The notes beneath the pieces are model-generated. The model was not told the DNA's origin and searched no databases. It saw nothing but the letters and a program-made list of their open reading frames with translations. A stretch of DNA of 64,000 nucleotides from a virus, in the IMG/VR virus record IMGVR_UViG_3300005253_000946; one strand, given 5' to 3'. Made by a program: the position numbers and the translations under genes. This document shows, piece by piece, positions 53,065-61,516 of the stretch (positions within the stretch are counted from its first letter, which is position 1; every line of letters starts with the position of its first letter).

Positions 53065-53904
53065 TTATTTTTTAGGGGAGTCTTCTCCGCTAGGGAGGAG
53101 TGGCTTTAAAAGTTCGACCGGGAATAAAACGACGTCGATGAGTATACCCACGACATCATCCACAACATCCTTTTCCGCCTGTTTAGGTGCAGGCTTTGAA
53201 CAATCTTTTTTGAGAGTTCCATCGATACTTTCTCCAGAGGTCATATCTTCTAGGTGAGTGGTTGTACAACCGTCACCGTAAATAATTGTGACCTCAATAG
53301 CTTTTTTGTCTTTGTAAGTTGATTTTCGTTCTTGTCTGTCTACTATGCATGTAGCTTTAGGTTTTTTCTTCTCTTCTTCTGCGTAAGCTGTTTCTATGAA
53401 GGAAGGATAATAGCTTGTTTTAATATTCTTTTCAAGGTACTCGTCAATAGGAATTGGAGTAAGCCATACTCGGCGGGTATATATGCCTACTTCTTTCTTT
53501 ACGGTCAACTGAATCATTACCATATTCCCTGGGAATACTTTGACCTCTAAACGATGATCATCAGCACCTACTGGACACTCTTCATTAGGCTTACAGCCTA
53601 AAACTATCGCAGCCGCATTTGGAGATACACCTACGAACTTTTCAGAGGCTACACGGTTAAGTTGTTCAGCTTTACCAATACGTTCACCCCACCAACCCCA
53701 GTCTACTCCTTGCTCATAAGCTCCTTTAAAAGTACCTGTACCAAGAATACCTGTACTTACGAGGACAGCAAGTATCTGCCATAGGGAGGCTTTTTTAAGC
53801 TTAGATAAACTGAGAAGCGCCTTGGCGGTAGAGTTGCCAGCGACTAAACCTTCTAGTTCGTCAATAGCTTCATCTTCTTTTTTCTTTTTCTTTTTGGTAG
53901 GCAT
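53065..53904 (-). CDS. Membrane-anchored hypothetical protein
   Basis: Hydrophobic stretch LWQILAVLVSTGILGTG; several Cys residues; 279 aa. Confidence 0.65.
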   Translation of the reverse strand: MPTKKKKKKEDEAIDELEGLVAGNSTAKALLSLSKLKKASLWQILAVLVSTGILGTGTFKGAYEQGVDWGWWGERIGKAEQLNRVASEKFVGVSPNAAAIVLGCKPNEECPVGADDHRLEVKVFPGNMVMIQLTVKKEVGIYTRRVWLTPIPIDEYLEKNIKTSYYPSFIETAYAEEEKKKPKATCIVDRQERKSTYKDKKAIEVTIIYGDGCTTTHLEDMTSGESIDGTLKKDCSKPAPKQAEKDVVDDVVGILIDVVLFPVELLKPLLPSGEDSPKK

Positions 53905-53970
53905 CTCATAGACCTTTGTGGTTTAAGTTCTACTGAGATGATAATACTATAACTAGTGAGTTGTCTATAA

Positions 53971-54008
53971 AGAGAAAAGGACTTGGTTGTTACACCAAGC
54001 CCTTCTCT
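53971..54008 (-). terminator. Rho-independent terminator
   Basis: Imperfect stem AGAGAA..GG.CTTGGT/ACCAAG.CC..TTCTCT followed by TTT on the minus strand. Confidence 0.55.
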
Positions 54009-54028
54009 ATGTAAGTTTACTGAATAAG

Positions 54029-54490
54029 TTATTCAGCAGCCGGTGCTTTTTCCGCTCCAGTGACGTTCTGAAGTCCGTGTAGTCGTACACGATTACGGAA
54101 TTTATCTAGGTCTGTTACACCCATTGCTTCCGCAGCTTTTTCTTCGTCACCTTTGAATTCTATGAGATACCCATTCATCTTCTCCATTTCCTGCTCAAGC
54201 GACATACCTCTACGAAGAGGTACTATACGTTGCTTCCGAGCTTTCTTTGGAGGAGCTGCTTTAGCGGTCTTCCGAGCTTTGGTTTGTATAGCGTTACCTG
54301 GAATGAAGAAAACGATTTTACGCTTATCTCCTCCATTCTGGTAAGCCATATTAACTACACCGTTACCAGACGGTCCAGCAATGCTGATGATTCTTGACAG
54401 GTCTTCGTCTGCAGAGGCTTCTACAATAGCTGTAATATTAGCCCCTCTTGGGACAGACGCTAAAAGGTTTGTCACATCTCTACTATTCAT
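54029..54490 (-). CDS. Hypothetical protein with a C-terminal Fis-type HTH
   Basis: GDEEKAAEAMGV...FRNRVRLHGL resembles the HTH_8 motif. Confidence 0.5.
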   Translation of the reverse strand: MNSRDVTNLLASVPRGANITAIVEASADEDLSRIISIAGPSGNGVVNMAYQNGGDKRKIVFFIPGNAIQTKARKTAKAAPPKKARKQRIVPLRRGMSLEQEMEKMNGYLIEFKGDEEKAAEAMGVTDLDKFRNRVRLHGLQNVTGAEKAPAAE

Positions 54491-54875
54491 TTTATTTTCC
54501 TTTAAAGGTAGTTGTGGGTTTAAGTGAGAGTTTATACATGAACTGTCTTAAAAGTAAAGAGCTGCTATCATAACCGTATAGCCATCTGAACCATAAATAA
54601 GTCTCCGAAATACATCTTGTTTCCAGTACTATCGACCCCTGTTCCTATACAATCAACGGCGACTTTAAGCTTCTTGTACATCACATTATCGTGTGAGAAC
54701 AAAGCATTGTTTCTTAATTTACCGAACTCTATACCTCTGAACTTAAATTTATGTGAAGATTTTGCTGCTTCAGCCATTAATACCTCATAATAGTTAAAAG
54801 GTTTTGGTAGTAACTAAAACGCCGCACCAGATGTTACTCCGATGCGACGCTTAGTCTCGCCAACAAATTTTTGCA

Positions 54876-55336
54876 TGGTGGAGGTGGCCGGAATCGAACC
54901 GGCTTCCGCGATCTGTTCTTCTTCTAACTTCTACGTGTGTAGTCCTTTTTTATTTCTGCTCACATTTCGATAAAGTAAAGAACCAACTATTCGAAATGCA
55001 CTGCCCGTTTCAACACACCCTCGGCTTCATAAGATATCCGAAGGCAGCAGCACTTACTTAAACGGTATCGTAAGTACCGGGTGTCTTACTAGTTTTGAAG
55101 TCTAGGCAGATGTAAGACGGTATCTGTTAGTCCCTAGACTCATGCAATTCGCTTTTTTAGCCCGGTAGGTTTAAGCAGCTAGTTGCATGGGAACTTCGGC
55201 AGAACCGAAGCTCACGTTAACCACGTTGTCGTGATTGGCATTTGTGTTTTTACCCACAATTTTTAACGAGGTTTGTAGATATCCCCGACACGCTATTAGA
55301 GGTTTACTTGGTCCACGTCGAACCCAAATCACCCCC
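54876..55336 (-). ncRNA. ssrA: tmRNA
   Basis: 5' GGGGGTGATTTGGGTTCGAC; 3' GGTTCGATTCCGGCCACCTCCACCA with a G3:U70-type pair; internal tag frame ANHDNVVNVSFGSAEVPMQLAA*. Confidence 0.95.
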
Positions 55337-55371
55337 GTAGTACCCTTATAACACAAAAGACCTATAATTAC

Positions 55372-55557
55372 TTATACGTCTTTTCCTTGAAGGGTCTTGC
55401 GGTCGTTGTCGACAGCTCTTCTAGCTGCATCGTTGACCAACTCTTTTACTTTGGCGTCTAAAGCTTCAGCTACATCACCACCGCAGTTTAGGTCGTGCGT
55501 TTCTTTGATGTACTCTTTTACTGTTTTCGCCTTGACTAGAACTTTATCATCCGACAT
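55372..55557 (-). CDS. Bacterial-type histone-fold protein (Bd0055-like)
   Basis: MSDDKVLVKAKTVKEYIKETHDLNCGGDVAEALDAKVKELVNDAARRAVDNDRKTLQGKDV; three-helix histone-fold pattern ending in RKT-x4-D; GGAG RBS before 55557. Confidence 0.8.
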   Translation of the reverse strand: MSDDKVLVKAKTVKEYIKETHDLNCGGDVAEALDAKVKELVNDAARRAVDNDRKTLQGKDV

Positions 55558-55574
55558 TTTCTTCTTCTCCATTT

Positions 55575-57569
55575 TTAAGGTTGAGTATCTATAAGACAAG
55601 CATCGCCGTCGCAGAACTTATCTGTCAACTCGTGTGCTTGTAGTTTAGATATGTTTAACGGCTTAATCTTTGATACTAGACCCTCATAAGCCTCTTTGTC
55701 TATAGTTATATAGGGTGCTTGAGGATAACCATGATCTTCTAGAGGAAGTAGAGAAACAGATTTTAGACTGGTTTCGTACATAGACAAAGCCATCGCTAGT
55801 TGACACGCTTCCTCCGGTTTAACTGTAATAGTTACACTCACTTGGTTGTCTGACCAGTATCTTTGAATACTCGCTACAAGTTCGAACTGTTCCCAAATAG
55901 TAACATCGCTCTTTGACTTAGAGAAATACTCTTCGTGAACCGGGAAGGATACTACTATCGTATTGTCATTCTGTATTGATGGTTCTACCGGGTATCCTGC
56001 TTCTGTTAAATGAGGCAAGATAGGGGAGAACTTATCGAATCTGACATTACGAAGGTAGTATTCTGAGTGTGGATGGTGTACTCCAGGTGTCGCTCCTACT
56101 AGTAAGCTGATAGTCCCACTAGGTTTCACACTTGTCCTTTTGATCGATGTAGGTACTCCGAGCCACCTTGAGTAGATCTTGTCCAACTCTGTTAAGTAAT
56201 CATAACCCTGATCTAAACTATTCATCAGGTTTCGAAACTTAAACTTCTGTATTCCCTGAACTATCCCTGATGGAGCAGTTCCTATCCTACGATTTCTTCC
56301 TATGACAGCGTTTGTTTTAGGATTGTGTGTAGGAATTAGAGTTACGGATTTGGCGTAAAGGTATGCAAATTTGAGAGTCTCTTGCATATCTTCTAAAGAA
56401 TCGTGCTTGAAGGGGTAGAACTCTACTAGGCAGCATAATTCGCCGTCCTCTAGAGATTGCTCTCCGCAAGGGTTCTGGCCGTCTACAAATATATCCCAAT
56501 CACCCCAGCCATCTTTCATCCGGCCGTAATGACGAGCGTTCTCTAACCAGAAGAAGCTTGGTTCTCCGTTAGCCATTATTCGTGGTACGAATGGCTCATA
56601 GTCCATCCCTATTGTAGCGAAGTTACAATTATTAGATGCCCAGCGATAATCCTTAAGCTCATCAGGAAACAGATCGGGGTTCTTTAGATTGTTAAACTCT
56701 ATGTCTTCTGGGAATCCTAACATTAACTCAGCTGTACGCCTGATACCTCCGGCGACCACACATTTGCCTATGTAGTTAAACAGGTCGACGATGAGGGTAG
56801 ATGTAACATCCTTACCTATATAGCTAGTCAGCATCTTTATGACGGTGTTGTGGAGATCTTCTAGAGGCTCTGGACCAGAAGCTATGCCGCCGAAGGACTT
56901 GAGAGGCATCCCGGCTTTCCGTACTTTAGAGTAATCGAATCCTGCTGGTAGTTTGGCTCCTGCACCACCGAAAGCATCAAGTATTATTTCTACAGACGCT
57001 ACCCAGCCTTCTCTAGAGTCTTCTACTACAAAGATCTCCTCTGAGTGTGCTGGTTCATGCATCTTAGTAGTCCCTGCACCTCTGGTATCGCTTCCTACGC
57101 CTACCCCTAACATACTCATGTCCATAAGGAATGTGAATGGGTAGGAGAAGTGTTTTCTGATGGTTTTGGTGCTGATAAAGCCACAGTTATTGAGGGAAGC
57201 AGCTCCTCGTTCCTCTACATATTTAGTCCCCATAGCCCATAAGCCTCTACCAGGAGGTAAAAATTTCATTGTGAAGATCAAGTCGTACATCTTCTGAGCA
57301 GATATCTGGCCTTTATTATAATTGAATTCTAGATTGAATTTGGAGCAATGTAGTATCTGTGCATAATAAGCCCCCTCTACTACCCTCTTTATAGTTTCCC
57401 ACCACTCTTCAAACTTACCGTCTTCTTTCTGCCTAGAGTATGTTCTCTTGTATACCACTCCTCCTAGTGCATCGTAGCCCCATTGCGGTTTCCTCCGTTT
57501 GTAAGGTGTCAAAAACGCATCCGTCAATACCAGCCGCTTAGGTGCTGTCATTCTATAGTGTCCTTTCAT
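55575..57569 (-). CDS. nrdJ: Class II (adenosylcobalamin-dependent) monomeric ribonucleotide reductase
   Basis: FLPPGRGLW, SLNNCGF, NPCGEQSLE, LCCLVE, VKPSGTISL motifs; no intein visible. Confidence 0.95.
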   Translation of the reverse strand: MKGHYRMTAPKRLVLTDAFLTPYKRRKPQWGYDALGGVVYKRTYSRQKEDGKFEEWWETIKRVVEGAYYAQILHCSKFNLEFNYNKGQISAQKMYDLIFTMKFLPPGRGLWAMGTKYVEERGAASLNNCGFISTKTIRKHFSYPFTFLMDMSMLGVGVGSDTRGAGTTKMHEPAHSEEIFVVEDSREGWVASVEIILDAFGGAGAKLPAGFDYSKVRKAGMPLKSFGGIASGPEPLEDLHNTVIKMLTSYIGKDVTSTLIVDLFNYIGKCVVAGGIRRTAELMLGFPEDIEFNNLKNPDLFPDELKDYRWASNNCNFATIGMDYEPFVPRIMANGEPSFFWLENARHYGRMKDGWGDWDIFVDGQNPCGEQSLEDGELCCLVEFYPFKHDSLEDMQETLKFAYLYAKSVTLIPTHNPKTNAVIGRNRRIGTAPSGIVQGIQKFKFRNLMNSLDQGYDYLTELDKIYSRWLGVPTSIKRTSVKPSGTISLLVGATPGVHHPHSEYYLRNVRFDKFSPILPHLTEAGYPVEPSIQNDNTIVVSFPVHEEYFSKSKSDVTIWEQFELVASIQRYWSDNQVSVTITVKPEEACQLAMALSMYETSLKSVSLLPLEDHGYPQAPYITIDKEAYEGLVSKIKPLNISKLQAHELTDKFCDGDACLIDTQP

Positions 57570-57765
57570 ATGAGTTTAGAAAATAGAAGCCAAAGGGTAA
57601 ACAGGTTATAATACGATCTACCATGCCGTCAAAGCCTCGAATCCCTTATAGCTAAAAAATAGGATTTAGTGCTAGAAGCACTGTTCTGTAGTTATAAGAC
57701 ATTTACTGTCTGATGTTCGCTGTTAAAAATAAATAGAACATAACCACTAACAAAAGGAGCTGAAA

Positions 57766-58776
57766 ATGCCAGCACAAGTCGAATCAATGATGTTTGCGGG
57801 GGAAACGCCGTGGCATCGAGAAGGTGTTTACGTAGGAGATCACAACCTGACTTCAGAAGGAGCTATTGTCAAAGCAGGATTGGACTGGGAAGTAGAGCAA
57901 GTACCTTTTTACACAATGGAGCTTAAGGCTCATACTGGACCCAAATCTGATGTAGAGTTCAATTCTCCTGCAGGGTCTCCAGAGATATTTAACGCTAAAG
58001 AAGTTGAAGGTCTAAAAATAGTTCGTCGTGTTAGAGACAAGAACGTCTATGGGGTCTTTACTGATGCTTACGAGCCTTTACAAAATAGAGACGCTTTCGG
58101 GTTTATAGATAGTCTGGTAGAGACCGGTGGAGTTACTATCCATACTGCAGGATCGCTCCAGGGCGGTAAGAGGGTTTGGATATTAGCCAAGCTTCCTAAT
58201 GTAATGGAAGTCCTTAGAGATGATATAGTAGATAAGTATCTCCTCTTCGCTAACTCTCACGACGGGTCTTTAGCTGTAACGGCTCTATTTACTCCTATAA
58301 GAGTAGTATGTTGTAACACACTGTCTTTGGCTCTGAGCAGTAGGGATAAGGCTAGGACCGTTAAATTTCGACACAGTAAAAACGTTATGGAGAAAGTCGA
58401 AGAGGCTAAAAATATTCTAGGGATTGCCAATCAAGAGTTTGAAAAGTCTTTAGAGATGTATAAAGCTTTTGCGGTTAAGCAGATGAACTTCTCCAAGTTA
58501 CAGTCTTTTGTAGAGGAGTTATTCCCTAAACTAGAAGACAAAGAAGAGGCTTCTACGAGAACACAGAATATCCGTAATAAAGTTCTTAAACTACACGAAG
58601 ACGGTATAGGGACAGATATTGCTGGTGTCAGGGGAACAGGATGGGGTGTCTACAACGCGGTTGTAGAGTACGCAGACTTCGAGCGTGGCCGAGACAGTTC
58701 TAGATTGAACTCAGCTTGGTTTGGGTCTGGTGCCCAATTAAAGAGTAGAGCTGCACAGCTATTGGCTGCTGCTTAG
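57766..58776 (+). CDS. DUF932 family phage/plasmid protein
   Basis: ETPWHREG...GLDWEV...YEPLQNRDAF...TAGSLQGGKRVW...NSHDGS...TPIRVVCCNTL. Confidence 0.9.
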   Translation: MPAQVESMMFAGETPWHREGVYVGDHNLTSEGAIVKAGLDWEVEQVPFYTMELKAHTGPKSDVEFNSPAGSPEIFNAKEVEGLKIVRRVRDKNVYGVFTDAYEPLQNRDAFGFIDSLVETGGVTIHTAGSLQGGKRVWILAKLPNVMEVLRDDIVDKYLLFANSHDGSLAVTALFTPIRVVCCNTLSLALSSRDKARTVKFRHSKNVMEKVEEAKNILGIANQEFEKSLEMYKAFAVKQMNFSKLQSFVEELFPKLEDKEEASTRTQNIRNKVLKLHEDGIGTDIAGVRGTGWGVYNAVVEYADFERGRDSSRLNSAWFGSGAQLKSRAAQLLAAA

Positions 58777-58803
58777 TTCTACAAGACACTGTAATCATTT
58801 CAG

Positions 58804-58829
58804 GTCCGTCTTAGGAAGCTAGGGCGGAC
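58804..58829. terminator. Hairpin between convergent genes
   Basis: GTCCGTCTTAG/CTAGGGCGGAC stem. Confidence 0.55.
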
Positions 58830-59351
58830 TTGAGTTGGTACATCGGATTTCTACTATTTGTAACTAAAGATTGTATGTCTCTTTGAGTCACAGCTATAGA
58901 GTTGTCTAATCTTTTTAGCTCTCTTTTATTTGTGGCTTCTGCTCTTTCGGACGTTAAACGTCTTAGTTGAGTATTAAGCTCCATTAGTTCAAGCGTTTTC
59001 ATATCGAAACTCCTTTAAAGGTTTCTCAGTTATGTATATGTTAAAACATTTTTGGACAAATTTCAATTAAGCAGTTCTTGAGAATAGCTTTACGGCTCCG
59101 GTTATCCAGTTCTTGAGAACATGTCCAGCTCTGTACACGGTGTACATATCTAAAGCTGTTCCTAAAAAGTCGAATATAGTTAGAGTTTGAAACTTTAAAC
59201 CTTTTCTCGGATTAACCGCTTCGTGGATGTTATGTATCTTCTCTGCAGTACTTGATGAGTTCAATAGATCTCCTATGGCTTGATCAGCCGTTAGAATGTA
59301 TGTATGCTTTTAAGACTTCCAAAATCCCTGTACAGATAAGGAATCTATATT

Positions 59352-59573
59352 ATGAGACTAGACGGACCGTCTAAAAAATTAGCTGAGACGTTACAAAAAG
59401 AGGCCCAAGATAACCAAAAGGTTTCACAGACTACTGCTGGGTATAATGATTCAGGTGAGATTAATAAATGCTCTACGTGTAAAACCTTTAAAGCACCTAA
59501 CTCCTGTACAGTTGTGTCAGGGATTATTTCTCCAGAGGGAACTAGCGATCTCTACTCTCCAAAAACAGAATGA
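59352..59573 (+). CDS. HiPIP-like (high-potential iron-sulfur protein) domain protein lacking the fourth Cys
   Basis: Y...KCSTCKTFKAPNSCTVVSGIISPEGTSDLY; HiPIPs have GWC where this has GTS. Confidence 0.6.
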   Translation: MRLDGPSKKLAETLQKEAQDNQKVSQTTAGYNDSGEINKCSTCKTFKAPNSCTVVSGIISPEGTSDLYSPKTE

Positions 59574-59598
59574 GTCAATACTTTTGACTCTCTAATCC

Positions 59599-59626
59599 CT
59601 TATAACAGTAAACGTCTAATGATTTC
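59599..59626 (-). promoter_or_regulatory. Putative phage promoter GAAATC-N16-TATAAG
   Basis: Matches the motif family. Confidence 0.5.
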
Positions 59627-59798
59627 AACGTAATTTTTTTGTCTTACCGCTGCTAGCGTTTACACTATGTAAGTAGCCACTTAACAATTTCGTGTTTAGA
59701 TCAGTTACTCTCTTACGACGCTTTAGGTATAGTAATAGTTTAACAAAGCAGTAGACTCCTGCCAGGGATAGTATAACTATTACCGTACTGTTACTCAT
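59625..59798 (-). CDS. 57-aa single-pass membrane protein, last gene of the ubiquitin-like operon
   Basis: MSNSTVIVILSLAGVYCFVKLLLYLKRRKRV...; ATGA overlap with the ThiF stop; not in the ORF track. Confidence 0.6.
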   Translation of the reverse strand: MSNSTVIVILSLAGVYCFVKLLLYLKRRKRVTDLNTKLLSGYLHSVNASSGKTKKLR

Positions 59799-60472
59799 AC
59801 GACAAATTCTTTGACCATTTGCTGATTGAAGAAATCTACCATCAATCTTTTGTCGGACTCTTCTAGTCCTCCCATTAAAAACTTCTTTACCAACCTAGCT
59901 ATAGGTTGAGCGATACCTAATACTGTATAGATAATCGCCTGCGCAGTGCAAGGGAGTTCTTCAGCCTCGTCATCGTTGAACAAAGTCTTTTCGTACTCTT
60001 CAACGTCTAGTTGATCGGAAGGCCGTAATGTAAATATCTGCGCTACCTCACCACCCATTCTAGAGTCTATGTAGAGTTCTACCTCTGACTGAGTTCTGAC
60101 CATGTCGAAGATTGCCTGCCGTGATTTCATAGAATCCACTGCACTGATGACTATACCCGACAGATTCTCGTCCTCATACCGTTTGTTGTTAATTTTGATA
60201 TCGAAGTCAGTAAATTCTTTAACAATGTCTGCTAAAGCCTCTACCTTAGACCTTCCAATATCCTTCTTGCGAAAGAATTGGTTTGGCAGGTTATGAAGCT
60301 CTACAGTGTCATCGTCGAAAATTTGCATACGACTTGCGCCCATTTTAGCTAAGGCCAGGGTTGCGAATGAACCTATACCTCCGACTCCGATGACGGTGAT
60401 TCGCTGCTTTTGGAGTTTGTCGTTGTCAATGAAGTCATGTTGACGCCAGTATTCTCTTTGGTCTCGTTGCAT
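59795..60472 (-). CDS. E1-like / ThiF-family adenylyltransferase
   Basis: VIGVGGIGS, DDDTVELHNLPNQ, SKVEAL, AVDS; candidate catalytic Cys in ELPCTAQ; no Zn-binding CxxC pairs. Confidence 0.92.
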   Translation of the reverse strand: MQRDQREYWRQHDFIDNDKLQKQRITVIGVGGIGSFATLALAKMGASRMQIFDDDTVELHNLPNQFFRKKDIGRSKVEALADIVKEFTDFDIKINNKRYEDENLSGIVISAVDSMKSRQAIFDMVRTQSEVELYIDSRMGGEVAQIFTLRPSDQLDVEEYEKTLFNDDEAEELPCTAQAIIYTVLGIAQPIARLVKKFLMGGLEESDKRLMVDFFNQQMVKEFVV

Positions 60473-61503
60473 ATGTCTTTCCCTTCTAATCTTTGTAGCT
60501 CGTTTTCCATAAATCTGAGCATTGTTGTCGCCGTTTCAAATTTAATTACTTCGGCCTCTTGTAAAATCCTGATGGTGGCTACTATATATCCATTGAGTAA
60601 AGCGTATACAGCCCGTTCAGGGTCATCGGAGTACGCAAGAACTGTTTCACTCAGATACTCTTGAAGCTTTTCAGGTAACCTATCAAACAGACTGAACTCT
60701 GTTTTATTATGGATACCATCTAGAGGAACTGGCAGATTTGTAGTGTCTATTAGAACAGGCAACACATCACTCATGTCGGAATCTTCGTCAATAGTAAATT
60801 CATCAATCATGTCGGAATCTTCGTTAGGAGGCCAGACTTGATCTACAGGTTTGGTGGGGTGCGAAGTAGTTGGAGGTTTTGCAAACCCAGCAGCTGTTTT
60901 CGGTTTAAACTGTTTAGCAGCTGCAGCTCTTTGTTTCCAAGTACCTCCGTAACCATAATACTGGAGATAATCGTCTGCGAAAAAATCTTCCTTTACTTTC
61001 AATTTGTACTCCTCTGTATACCTTTCAGTGTCCTCAATAGGGATGTCTGGGTGTATTACATAGTCAAGATTGTCGCAGTTTATTTTAAACGGATCCCATG
61101 CATCTATTCGTAATTTGTATGATCCTAGAGAGTTGACTACCAAGGAGATAAACCAAGGCAGATAGCTCATAGAATTTATGGTCGAATTATCTTGACCACT
61201 CCAGAAGGTGCCAGTAGTCCCATGACTATGCCACCAGAATCGTAGATCCTCAGTAGGTATATCTTTCTTGTTTAAGTCAGCCATTAGTTTCATAACTTCC
61301 TGCTCATCTAGGTCACTGTCAGCAGAAGTCACTTTTTGTTTAAGCAGGAAAACGGCATAGACTTCAAACACTGACCCTACTTTTTTGACAAGACCTATAC
61401 CTGACACTTCGTTTGGAGACGATAGTCTCGTCCATAAAGATATTTTGGCCAGAACTGAAGACCATACTTTTATCATAGGTACTGTTACACTTATATTTTT
61501 CAT
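60373..61503 (-). CDS. JAB/MPN metalloprotease (Prok-JAB) with a long C-terminal extension
   Basis: EVSGIG...WWHSHG..GTFWSGQD JAMM motif; start MKNISV with AAAGGA RBS; overlaps ThiF by ~100 nt. Confidence 0.88.
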   Translation of the reverse strand: MKNISVTVPMIKVWSSVLAKISLWTRLSSPNEVSGIGLVKKVGSVFEVYAVFLLKQKVTSADSDLDEQEVMKLMADLNKKDIPTEDLRFWWHSHGTTGTFWSGQDNSTINSMSYLPWFISLVVNSLGSYKLRIDAWDPFKINCDNLDYVIHPDIPIEDTERYTEEYKLKVKEDFFADDYLQYYGYGGTWKQRAAAAKQFKPKTAAGFAKPPTTSHPTKPVDQVWPPNEDSDMIDEFTIDEDSDMSDVLPVLIDTTNLPVPLDGIHNKTEFSLFDRLPEKLQEYLSETVLAYSDDPERAVYALLNGYIVATIRILQEAEVIKFETATTMLRFMENELQRLEGKDICNETKENTGVNMTSLTTTNSKSSESPSSESEV

Positions 61504-61516
61504 ACTAGTTGTTCCT

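Noticed and set aside
55171-55356. Track ORF MCYKG...MQLAA as an independent gene
   Set aside because: It is the tag frame inside the tmRNA.
55575-57569. Intein or intron in nrdJ
   Set aside because: Length (~660 aa) and motif spacing fit an uninterrupted monomeric NrdJ; no intein terminal motifs.
60373-60472. Programmed JAB-E1 fusion by frameshifting
   Set aside because: ThiF has its own ATG with a purine-rich RBS and no slippery site is evident; a simple overlap is more likely.
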